A stretch of DNA of 64,000 nt from Gemmatimonadota bacterium. GTDB taxonomy: Bacteria > Gemmatimonadota > Gemmatimonadetes > Gemmatimonadales > GWC2-71-9. Positions 45,085 through 54,139 of the stretch are shown here, one piece after another. Position 1 is the first letter of the stretch. Each line of letters opens with the position of its first letter. The position numbers were made by a program, and so were the translations under genes. Location: contig JADKJZ010000002.1 in NCBI GenBank assembly GCA_016720805.1, positions 213,617 through 277,616 of the forward strand, written 5' to 3'. The notes under the pieces are model-generated. The model was not told where the DNA came from and made no database searches. It saw only the letters and a program-made list of their open reading frames with translations.

Positions 45085-48000
45085 CCCCGCTCGCAGCATC
45101 CCTCTTCCAGGACCTGGCTGGGCACCTGCTCTACTCGACGGGCCAATTTCGGGCGCCGCAGGAGGAGCTCTTCCGCAGTCGCGGGTCGCAGCCACTCCTC
45201 TGGGCTCATGGCATCTCGGGGGATTGGCCCATTCTCCTCGCGATCATCGATGGCGACGAGGGGATGTCCACCCTGCGCGAACTCCTCGCGGCACACCACT
45301 ACTGGCGCCGACGCGGCATGATGGTCGACCTCGTGGTGCTGAACGCGCAAGCGTCCACCTACCTGCAGGCGGTCAACGACAGCATCACGGCGATGATGTT
45401 CTCGCTCGGTGAGGCCACCGTGCTCGATCGTCCGGGCGGCGTCTTCCTGCGGCGCGCCGACCAACTTGGCGCCGACGACCTCCTGATGCTGCGCACCACC
45501 GCGCGCGTGCTGATCACATGCGATGGTCGGTCGCTCGAGACGATCCTTCGTGACGGCACCACCGAGGCGCAGGCCACGCCGACCGCCGAACCGGAACGGC
45601 GGGCTCCGGCGCCTCGTTCCTCCACCCAGCGTGCCTCGCGCGGGAGCCGGATGCGGCAATGGCTCGGCGTGCCGATGTCGGGGGCCGTGGCGCCAGTGCC
45701 GGCGGTCCGGCCCGCCGAGCGGGCGGGCGCCCTGCCATCGCGCGGTGCTGCTGGTCCGCCGCTGCAGCTGGACAACGGCTTCGGCGGCCTCACCGCGCAG
45801 CACGACTACCAGATTCGCGTCCAGGGCGACGACCTGCCGCCGGCGCCCTGGGTCAACGTGGTCGCCAATCCGCTGGGTGGCTTCGTCGTCAGCGAGCGAG
45901 GCGCCGGCTTCACCTGGGCCGGCAACAGCTACTTCTATCGCCTCACGCCTTGGCACAATGACCCGGTCAGCGACCCGATCAGTGATGTGCTCTACCTCCG
46001 CGACGAGGAGAGCGGCGACCTCTGGAGTGCGACGCCGGCGCCGGTCGGCGACGACATCGCCTACGTGGTGCGGCATGCGCCGGGGCGGTCGGTCTTCCAG
46101 CACGAGCACCGGGACATCAGTACCGAACTGACCCTTGGCATGGTCGAGGGAACCTCGGTCCGGGTGTCGCGTCTCCGCCTGACCAACACCGGGACGGTGT
46201 CCCGCCGTCTCTCGGTCACGGCGTATGTCGAGTGGACTCTCGGCGTGCGGCGTGAGCAGACGCAGCACCACGTGCGCACGGAATTCGTTCCGGCGCTCAA
46301 CGCGATCCTGGCGCGCAACCCCTTCGATCCGCAGTTCGCCGATCAGGTCGCGTTCTGTGCACTGGGTGATACGGCGGTCTCGCACACCGGCGATCGGCGG
46401 GCCTTCCTCGGGCCCAATGGCACTGTGGCCCATCCCGCTGCCCTCGCCGGGCGCCCGGGCACTGGCCCCGCCCTGGATGGCCGGACTGGCGCCGGCATGG
46501 ACCCGTGCGCCGCGCTGCAGTGCGTGATCACGCTGGCACCCGGCGAAACGCGGGAGATCGTGAAGTTGCTCGGCGCGACTGGCAGCGAGGCGGAGGCGCG
46601 CGCCGCTGTCGGGACCTGGGCCACGACCACCGCAGCCAACGATGCCCTTGGCCTCGCCGACGCCACCTGGGCGGCGCGACTCTCCGTGGTGACGGTTGCC
46701 ACGCCGGAGCCCTCGTTCGACGCGTTGCTCAACCGCTGGCTGCTCTATCAGACGCTGGCCTGTCGACTCTGGGCGCGGTCGGCGCTGTACCAGAGTGGTG
46801 GCGCGTACGGATTCCGCGACCAGCTGCAGGATGTGATGGCACTGGTCTACGCCGAGCCAGCCATCGCGCGGGAGCACATCCTGCGGGCGGCGGCGCGGCA
46901 ATTCGTGGAGGGCGACGTCCAGCACTGGTGGCACGCGGAGAGTGGCCGGGGGACCAGGACGCGCTTCTCGGACGACCTCGCCTGGCTTCCGTACGTCGTC
47001 GATCACTATGTCCGCGTGACTGGCGACCGCGCGGTGCTCGACGAGATGGTGCCGTTCCTCACCATGCGCGCGCTGGAACCGCACGAGGACGAGCTGTACG
47101 ATCAGCCGAGAATCAGCCGGGAGGTCGCCAGCGTCTACGAGCACTGCCTGCGGGCCATCCGCAAGGCCGCCACCCAGGGGCCGCACGGCCTGCCGCTCAT
47201 CGGCTCGGGCGACTGGAATGACGGGATGAGCCGAGTCGGTGTCGGGGGAACCGGGGAGAGCATCTGGCTTGGCTGGTTCCTGGTCACGGTCGCCCGGGGC
47301 TTCGCCGCGCACGCCGACGCGCGCCAGGACCACGTGGCAGCCGCGATGCTCCGCACGCAGGCCACCGCATACGTCGAGGCGGTTGAACTGCATGGCTGGG
47401 ATGGCGACTGGTATCGGCGTGCCTACTTCGATGACGGCACCCCGCTCGGCTCGGCCAGCAACGAGGAATGTCGCATCGATGCCATTGCGCAGAGCTGGAG
47501 CGTGCTCTCGGGTGCGGCGCGGCCGGAGCGTCAGGCCAGGGCGATGCGGGCCCTCGAAGAACAGCTGGTGCGCGAGGACGGCCGCTTGATCATGCTGCTC
47601 ACCCCGCCGTTCGATCGCGGCACCAGCGACCCCGGATACATCAAGGGGTACCTGCCGGGGGTGCGCGAGAACGGGGCGCAATACACCCATGCGGCGCTCT
47701 GGGCGGTACTTGCCGTGGCGGAACAGGGCCGCGGCGCGCGCGCCTTCGAACTCTTCCAGATGCTCAACCCGCTGATGCATGCACGGACGCCGGAGGAGGT
47801 CGCGACCTACAAGGTCGAGCCGTACGTCGTGGCGGCTGATGTCTATACGGTGGCCGGACAGCTCGGTCGCGGAGGATGGACCTGGTACACCGGCGCGGCG
47901 AGCTGGATGTACCGCGTCGGCCTCGAAGGGATCCTCGGTTTCCGGAAGCGTGGCAACGCCTTCACGATCATGCCGACGGCGCCACCCGCCTGGCCCGTGT

Positions 48001-48200
48001 ACTCCATCGACTACCGCTTCGGCGCGAGCCACTACCACATCGAGGTGCGGAATCCCGAGGCGCTGGTGTCGGGCCACATGCGCATCACCGTGGATGGCGC
48101 GCCGGTCGAGGGCGGCGAGGTGCCGTTGATCGATGACGGGCGGACGCGGCAGGTAGTCGCGATCCGAGAGCCGGGGCGGACGGCTACCGTCTTCGGCTGA
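44850..48200 (+). CDS. cgs fragment 3 (GH94 phosphorylase-like C-terminal domain)
   Basis: ..TTGPVLDPVFAIRIR.., and GGAYGFRDQLQD and GSGDWNDG motifs typical of GH94. Confidence 0.7.
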   Translation: MVRSQGTTGPVLDPVFAIRIRIRLAPGQSGSVAFTTLVATTRARAFELAGRYHDPHAAQRALDLAWTSTQAELRELQVTPLAASLFQDLAGHLLYSTGQFRAPQEELFRSRGSQPLLWAHGISGDWPILLAIIDGDEGMSTLRELLAAHHYWRRRGMMVDLVVLNAQASTYLQAVNDSITAMMFSLGEATVLDRPGGVFLRRADQLGADDLLMLRTTARVLITCDGRSLETILRDGTTEAQATPTAEPERRAPAPRSSTQRASRGSRMRQWLGVPMSGAVAPVPAVRPAERAGALPSRGAAGPPLQLDNGFGGLTAQHDYQIRVQGDDLPPAPWVNVVANPLGGFVVSERGAGFTWAGNSYFYRLTPWHNDPVSDPISDVLYLRDEESGDLWSATPAPVGDDIAYVVRHAPGRSVFQHEHRDISTELTLGMVEGTSVRVSRLRLTNTGTVSRRLSVTAYVEWTLGVRREQTQHHVRTEFVPALNAILARNPFDPQFADQVAFCALGDTAVSHTGDRRAFLGPNGTVAHPAALAGRPGTGPALDGRTGAGMDPCAALQCVITLAPGETREIVKLLGATGSEAEARAAVGTWATTTAANDALGLADATWAARLSVVTVATPEPSFDALLNRWLLYQTLACRLWARSALYQSGGAYGFRDQLQDVMALVYAEPAIAREHILRAAARQFVEGDVQHWWHAESGRGTRTRFSDDLAWLPYVVDHYVRVTGDRAVLDEMVPFLTMRALEPHEDELYDQPRISREVASVYEHCLRAIRKAATQGPHGLPLIGSGDWNDGMSRVGVGGTGESIWLGWFLVTVARGFAAHADARQDHVAAAMLRTQATAYVEAVELHGWDGDWYRRAYFDDGTPLGSASNEECRIDAIAQSWSVLSGAARPERQARAMRALEEQLVREDGRLIMLLTPPFDRGTSDPGYIKGYLPGVRENGAQYTHAALWAVLAVAEQGRGARAFELFQMLNPLMHARTPEEVATYKVEPYVVAADVYTVAGQLGRGGWTWYTGAASWMYRVGLEGILGFRKRGNAFTIMPTAPPAWPVYSIDYRFGASHYHIEVRNPEALVSGHMRITVDGAPVEGGEVPLIDDGRTRQVVAIREPGRTATVFG

Positions 48201-49692
48201 CGATCGCCCGCCGCACCGCCTGCATCTCGGCATCGATTCCCGCCGCGATGTCGCGCGGCGTCGGCGTCACCTGGATGTCGGGCACCACGCCGGCGTCGGG
48301 CTGCGGGGTGGTCGGGAAGCCGGCGATGAGCGGGAGGTCGACCTCGAGCCCCGTCGTCGGCAACCGAAGGAAGAAGAAGGCGCCGCCATTGATGCCGCGA
48401 CGATTGCCGCCAGTTGGCTGCCCCACCAGGGTCGCGACACCGCTCTCCTTGACCGCCAGCGCGAACTGAAAGGTCGCCGAGGAATTGACGGCGCCGACGA
48501 GAACCCAGACGCGGCCACGATACCGTGTGGCAGCCGGGGCAATCACGTCGGCGCCGTCCTTGGTGTCGTCGAAGCGCACCAACCGATAGAACAGGGAGTC
48601 GACCGGACCGACAGCTGCCGCCCCCCAGTCGCGGAAGGAGGGATCCCAGGTGTCGAGGTACGGCGCGAGGTCGTCGGGCACACGGCGATAGCGCACGTGC
48701 CGCTGATAGATGGGCAACTGGAGCGGGATGTCGATCAACCGCGCGAGGATCTGATTGCCGGCATCGACGCCACCTTCATTGGCCCGCAGGTCAACCACGA
48801 GATCGGGAAGCTTGCGGGCCGTCGCGGCATCGAGCACCGAATCGAGCCAGCGCGTCCCATTCCACTTCGAATTGAAGGTGGCCCAGGTCGGCATCGTGAG
48901 CACCCCGATGCCATTCGCCTCTGCGTAGCGCCAGAGTGGGGCATCTTCGGCCGGTTCGGCGCTGCCACCACCCTGCGCGCGCCGCTCGACGGCGGTCAAC
49001 GCCGCCACAACCACGCGCCGCGTCGCCGTCGTGCCCGGTCGGCGCACCACCAGAGCGAAGCGCGGCTCCCGCACGGGAAAGACGAGTGGGTACAGCACAT
49101 CGAATGGTTGGAAGCGCTCCGGCCCCTGCACCTCGAGGTAGGCCACGCGCTTGGCGTCGTTGCCGCCATCCGCGCGCGCGAGCGGCATTAGTGAGTCGAG
49201 GATGGTGCGCGCGGGGACGCCGTTGATGGAGAGGATCTCGGTGCCGCGCGGCAGGTCGGCGTCGGGGGCGTGGTCCGCGGTGACGATCATCCGGCCTCCA
49301 AGCCACCGGAAGGCCACCGGCACCTTGTCCTGCCCCTCAAACAGAGCTTCCCGGATGGCCTTCGACTGGTTGTAGAAGTTCGGGTAACTGTGCCCGCACT
49401 GGATCGCGGCCGTCAATCGCGTCAGCGCGAGGAATGCCTCGGCCACCGTGCGGTCGGTGGCGAAGTACTGGTCGACCGCCTCGAACCGCCTGTCGACATC
49501 ATCGCGGGTGCGGTAGCGATAGAGGCCCGGGTGGAGCGTCTCGTACGCGCGTCGAAGCACGCCGAGGTCGGCACGGAGCGAGGCCGCGGCGAGCGGGGTG
49601 TCACGCCGGAGGGTGTCCCGTTGTGCCGGAAGCGGGCTGGCCGCCGCGATGCTGGCGGCCAGGATCAACGTCTGGGTGAGGCGAGACAGCAT
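48184..49692 (-). CDS. S41-family peptidase (tail-specific-protease-like), secreted
   Basis: ATG 49692 gives MLSRLTQTLILAASIAAASPLPAQ. LVGAVNSSATFQFA..VGQPTGGN resembles the S41 catalytic region. The longer track ORF (to 50178) overlaps other genes. Convergent 17-nt overlap with the cgs stop. Confidence 0.65.
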   Translation of the reverse strand: MLSRLTQTLILAASIAAASPLPAQRDTLRRDTPLAAASLRADLGVLRRAYETLHPGLYRYRTRDDVDRRFEAVDQYFATDRTVAEAFLALTRLTAAIQCGHSYPNFYNQSKAIREALFEGQDKVPVAFRWLGGRMIVTADHAPDADLPRGTEILSINGVPARTILDSLMPLARADGGNDAKRVAYLEVQGPERFQPFDVLYPLVFPVREPRFALVVRRPGTTATRRVVVAALTAVERRAQGGGSAEPAEDAPLWRYAEANGIGVLTMPTWATFNSKWNGTRWLDSVLDAATARKLPDLVVDLRANEGGVDAGNQILARLIDIPLQLPIYQRHVRYRRVPDDLAPYLDTWDPSFRDWGAAAVGPVDSLFYRLVRFDDTKDGADVIAPAATRYRGRVWVLVGAVNSSATFQFALAVKESGVATLVGQPTGGNRRGINGGAFFFLRLPTTGLEVDLPLIAGFPTTPQPDAGVVPDIQVTPTPRDIAAGIDAEMQAVRRAIVSRRR

Positions 49693-49778
49693 CAGGGGGG
49701 CTCCAGGGGGAGGGGTGCTCCCTGACGGTTCGCCATGGAGGTCGCGATGGATGCAGGATGGCCGGTGGGCCAACCCAA

Positions 49779-50120
49779 TCAGATGTCGCGGTCCTCCCAG
49801 TCGACCTTCTTCATCAGGTGGTGGACCCCGGGGGCGAGCAGCAGGCCGGTCACGGCGATCACCACCAGACCGCAATAAAGGGCGTAGATCCCCGCGAAGA
49901 GCTTGCCGGATTCCGAGAGCTGCACGGCCACCGGCCCCATCCCGCCGAGCAGCATCGCGCTGTTGAGGAAGGCGTCGAGCCAGCTCATCCCCTCGAAGTG
50001 TCGGTAGCCTACCATGCCGATCACCAGCGAGAAGGCGAGCGGCGAACGACACGACGAGTGCAGCAGTTGTCGCCGGAAGAAGCGACGACGATTGGGCTGG
50101 GCGACGCCCGGCGCCGTCAT
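49779..50120 (-). CDS. Small membrane protein
   Basis: 113 aa, three hydrophobic segments (..GMSWLDAFLNSAMLLGGMGPV..). Confidence 0.5.
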   Translation of the reverse strand: MTAPGVAQPNRRRFFRRQLLHSSCRSPLAFSLVIGMVGYRHFEGMSWLDAFLNSAMLLGGMGPVAVQLSESGKLFAGIYALYCGLVVIAVTGLLLAPGVHHLMKKVDWEDRDI

Positions 50121-50139
50121 GTCCGCCGCCTCGCGACGA

Positions 50140-50752
50140 GGAGAAGCCGACCCCGCGCATCGTCTGCAGGAGCGGCACGCCGGCCGCTTCGTTCAGCTTG
50201 CGTGGAAGTGAATGTCCCAGACCTTCTCGAGCAGGGTGGTTCTTCGGATCACCTCTTCGGCGTGCAGCAGGAAGAACTCCAGCAGCTGGAACTCCTTCGG
50301 CGTGAGGTCGAGCGGGGTCCCATGGGCGGTCGCTCGATGCTGCAATCGATCCATTCCCACGCAGTCATACTGGAGCGCGTCGAGTCGCTGTGCGCCGCCT
50401 CGACGGGTCAGCGCCCGCAGCCGTGCGAGCAACTCGTCGAAGCGGAACGGCTTGGAGAGATAGTCATCCGCCCCGGCGTCGAGCCCGCGGACCACGTCCT
50501 CCGGGGCATCGCGGGAGGTGAGCATGAGGATCGGCGTGGTTCGGCCCTCCCGCCGCAGCTCGATCGCCACCTGGAAACCGTTCTTCTTCGGCAGCATCAC
50601 GTCGAGCAGGATCGCGTCTAGTCGCCCACATGGGCCAGCAGCGTGGCCTCCTCCCCATCGACCGCGACGTCCACCGTGTATCCCTCTTCCTCGAGGCCGT
50701 GCTTGATGAAGGAGGCAACCTTCCGCTCGTCTTCCACGACCAGCAGCTTCAT
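50140..50752 (-). pseudogene. OmpR-family response regulator, disrupted
   Basis: MKLLVVEDERK.. (ATG 50752, ggag SD). TAG at 50620-50618 where YDAILLDVMLP continues one base out of frame. GADDYLSKPF, wHTH ..LLEKVWD, then a missing block, and RKLNEAAGVPLLQTMRGVGFS in a third frame. Confidence 0.75.
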
Positions 50753-50768
50753 GAGTGGGTGCTCCAGG

Positions 50769-51975
50769 TCATGAGGACTTCCGGGCAATCGGAAGGTCGA
50801 GGTGGAAGAGCCCGGCGCCAGCGCGGGGCATCGTGTCGAGGTCCCCGCCCAGGAGGCGGGCCAATCGTCGCGAGAGCGGCAGCCCGAGCCCGACCCCTGT
50901 TTCTCCCCTTCGGCGGTGGTCACGACACGTCGAAGATCCGCTCGCCTCCTCCTCGCGGATGCCGGGGCCCTCATCCTCCACGAGATAGCGACCATCGCGC
51001 CCTCGGGGCGGACCGAGAGCCGCACCGGGTCCCGCGGGGCTGTACCTGATGGCGTTGGTCAACAGGTTCATCAGGATCTGTTCCACGCGGCTGGCGTCGG
51101 TCTCGATCGTGGGCAGGTCCTCCGCGAGCTCCATCGCCAGCCGGATCGACTTTGGCCTGGCGGCGGGTGTCGCCCGTCCGGCCGCACGGTGGGCCAGCGC
51201 GACGGCGTCGACCCGCCGAACGACCGGCTTGAGCCGATCCTCGTCGAGTCGGCTCAGGTCGAGGAGGTCGCTGATCAGGTCGATGGCCTGCTGGGCGGCG
51301 TCATACACCTCGAAGGCCTCGCGCGGAGCCGTCGCGCGATCCTGCTTGCGAACCAGCAGCTCGGACCAGCCATACACGGCGGCGAGGGCATTGCGCAATT
51401 CGTGGTTGACCATCGCGAAGAACCGCTCGCGGGTCCGTTGCAGGAGATGGACTTCGGCCAGCAGCTGCGCGCTCTCTTCGTGCAGGCGCGCGTTCTCGAC
51501 CGCCGCCGCCGACATGGCGGCGAGCAGGATGGCGACGTGCTCGTCATCGGCGGTGAACTGGCCGTTCCCCTGCTTCTCGGTGAGGTACAGATTGCCGATG
51601 ATGCCACGGCGGCCGGTGATCGGGACGCCGAGAAAGGAGTGCATGGGAGGGTGATGCGGGGGAAAGCCGTGGGAAGCGGGGTGGCGCACCAGATCGGGCA
51701 GGCGAATGGGGCGCCCCTCTCGCAGCAGGAGCCCGAGCACGCCATGCCCCACGGGAGGCGGGCCCATCGCCTCGCGTTCCTGGTCGCTGATGCCATGGGT
51801 GACGAACCGCTCGAGGACTCGACCATCCGGCGCCAGGACGCCGATGGCCGTGTAGCGCACCGATCACCTCGGCAGCGATCGCCACGACGCGGTGCAGCAC
51901 GCCGTCGAGTGACGCCTCCGAGGTCAGGGCGAGCCCGGCCAGGACCAGTCGCTCCAGTTGATCGTTTTCCGGCAT
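50769..51975 (-). pseudogene. GAF-domain sensor histidine kinase, disrupted
   Basis: MPENDQLERLVLAG..LDGVLHRVVAIAAEVIG (frame of ORF 51544-52089) continues as RYTAIGVLAPDG.. (ORF 50769-51860). H-box MVNHELRNAL, N-box NLLTNAIRYSP, G1 VEDEGPGI, G2 GLGLPLS. Segments between the boxes read better in other frames. Confidence 0.75.
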
Positions 51976-52964
51976 GGCAGGGGTGTTCGTGGGCGTCGCC
52001 TCCGTGAGTGTCTGGTGCCGACTGCCTTGTGCTGGCGATGAAGAAAGCTTCATCCCCGGCCCATCCTCCCTTCCCGTGCCACCGTGCACTTTTCCTGCGT
52101 GAACGTCTCCGTCTTACCCTTGCCGTGCGGGAGTCCCGAGATGTCGCTTCGCGATGGCGACGCAGCGACGGCAGGTTCAGGGCATCCACGCTCCGTCGAT
52201 GCCGGGCCGCGCTGGGGCTGGCGGAGCTTTGACCACCATCCGCGGCAATGGCACGAGGCCCTTCGCCACGCCCTCCCGACCGGGTGGGGTCAGATGCGAT
52301 CCGAAACCTATCTACTGTCGCGACGGTCCACGAGTCTGGTGAAGCTCCAGCAGGGCCGAGTGGACGTCAAACGGAGGATGGCGACGGAGCCAAACGGACT
52401 GGAAGCCTGGCAAACAGTGCGGCGGGTGGGGTTTCCGATCCCACCCGAGGACATCGCGGCACTCTGCCGCTGCTGGCAGGTCGACCCCCCAGGCCCGTCC
52501 CGGGTGATTGCGACGCTCGACGAGTTTCATGCCCTTCTGGCACAGCAGCTTCCCGAGGTGCACGTCCTTCCGGCCAGAAGCTGGTGGCGCGAGTATGGCC
52601 TGCTTGGGTGTCTGGTGCAGCGGCGCACAGTATTGGTGCGCGGGACCGTGCTCGAGATGCTGGCTGTCGAGCACCCGGAACTGGCCACCCTTCGCACCGC
52701 GCTGCAGGCGATGCAACTTACGGAGGGTGCCCACACCTCGTCCCGGACGGCGCTGCGGCAGTTGCTCGGTGGCCAACGCATGACGGTCACTGAGCGACGG
52801 CCCCGATCGCGCGAACCGGGAATGATTCGACGACTGATTCGGTCCCCATTCCGTGGCCGTGTTGGCGGTTGCCGATCACGCGTCCTTGGTAGTGATTGCA
52901 CACCGGCGCGTGAGTATCGCTTCCGTGGTGATGCTCGAATCACGCTGACCTCTGGGAGCCGCTC

Positions 52965-53589
52965 ATGCGCAGGTTCGCCTTTCTCCTCGCCATCTCGTCG
53001 TCGTCGGCGATCTCGCTCGCCGCGCAGCAACTCGCCACGTCGACGACGCCCCTTCGTGAGTGCGGCGCGTGCGCGGCCTCGCTTGCCGTCGGCATTCATC
53101 AGGCGCCTGCGGACACCGGTCGCCTCAGGGCGATCGAATACAGCGATGCGTACGCCGTCCGGTTGAAGATCCATCGCATCGCCAGTTACGCGGAATTGCC
53201 GCTCTTCGCGGCAGAGTACTTCCTTGGCGAGAAGCTGCTGCGTGACCAGCGCAACGGAGTGAACTGAGGTGGCGAGGACGGCGGGAACTGATCCAGTGCG
53301 CGTGGCGCGCACTCGGCGGTGGCAGCCGGACTCGGGGTGCTCTTCACCGTCAACACTGTCACGGGCGGCTGGAATCTCTACGAGTCGCGGAAGGATCCCT
53401 CGGGACGGACTCGCAAGTGGATCCACACCATCGCCATGCTCGCGGCCGATGCCGGATTCCTGTGGACCGCTGCGGCGGCCGAAGGGGCGCGCGAATCGGA
53501 TGCCGGCGCGGACGCACCGCACGCGGGCCATCGCCTCGATCAGTCTCGCGACGGCCTCCACCGTGATGATGTGGCTCTGGATGGATTGA
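52965..53589 (+). pseudogene. Signal-peptide membrane protein, function unknown; two in-frame TGA codons plus one frame change
   Basis: MRRFAFLLAISSSSAISLAAQQ.. runs to TGA 53265. The same frame resumes (..SSARGAHSAVAAGLGVLFTVNTVTGGWNLYESRKDP..) after a second TGA at 53289. The C-terminal TM (RTHRTRAIASISLATASTVMMWLWMD) is in the frame of ORF 53269-53589. Confidence 0.6.
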
Positions 53590-54088
53590 TGCTCGCCACG
53601 CTGATCGACACGCTCACCCGCTGGTGTGCGCCATGGCAGGCGTTCTATGCCGATTCCCGACTGACCGAGATCGCGGTCACTTCGGTGCACGTCGTGGCGA
53701 TGCTGGTGGCGGCGGCTTCGCCGTCGCGGCGGACCGACTCACGCTGCGCACGACGCGGCGCGAGACGGCCGACCGGATGGCGATGCTTGAGGAATTGCAG
53801 TCGGTGCACCGGCCGGTGAAGATCGGATTGGCGGCGCTGTTCGCGAGCGGCGTGGCGCTTGCGGCTTCCGATGTCGAGACCTTCTCGGCCTCGCCCGCGT
53901 TTCTGGTGAAACTGGCGTTGGTCGCGCTCCTCTCGGTCAACGGGCTGGTCATGTTGCGTGCCGAGCGGTTGCTCCGGCGCGATCCGACCGACGCGCGATG
54001 GGGAACGTTGCGCCGGGTCAGTTGGTTCTCGCTGATGCTCTGGATCAGCACCGCCGTCGTCGGGGTCGTGCTGGTCAATGCGGCGTGA
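53589..54088 (+). pseudogene. Four-TM membrane protein (possibly CopD-like), one frame change
   Basis: ATG 53589 overlaps the preceding TGA (TGATG). MLATLIDTLTRW..VTSVHVVAMLVA continues as GGFAVAADRLTLR.. in ORF 53624-54088. The switch is near 53700-53715. Confidence 0.6.
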
Positions 54089-54139
54089 GTGCGCTGCACC
54101 GACGTCGGTCCTCCACCATTGTCCTGCCCTGAGGTTGCC

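Larger units (their letters stand above)
39786..48200 (+). pseudogene. cgs: Cyclic beta-1,2-glucan synthase (Cgs/NdvB/ChvB-like; GT84 plus GH94), about 2800 codons split over three reading frames
   Basis: ORFs 39626-41200, 41125-45084 and 44850-48200 are colinear parts of one protein: PIRGELLGSEHL N-terminus; GT domain (VVIPTLF, TLDADT, HRWIRGDWQ); TM blocks; a GH94-like C-terminal half. Frame changes are near 41170-41180 and 44840-44872. Whether this is an error or a true pseudogene is unresolved. Confidence 0.75.

Noticed and set aside
39626-48200. Treating the three large + strand ORFs as three independent genes
   Set aside because: Their translations are colinear with a single Cgs/NdvB-type protein. 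The ORF overlaps (41125-41200, 44850-45084) consist of out-of-frame read-through rather than real termini or starts.
49693-50178. N-terminal 162-codon extension of the S41 peptidase ORF (track ORF 48184-50178)
   Set aside because: The extension overlaps the 49779-50120 membrane gene and the tail of the response regulator in other frames. It is Arg/Gly-rich. A proper signal peptide begins at ATG 49692.
53265-53291. TGA pair as selenocysteine or genetic-code reassignment
   Set aside because: TGA is used as a normal stop by many well-supported genes in this window, and I see no convincing SECIS-like stem-loop immediately downstream. Nonsense mutation, a compensated frameshift or sequence error is more economical.
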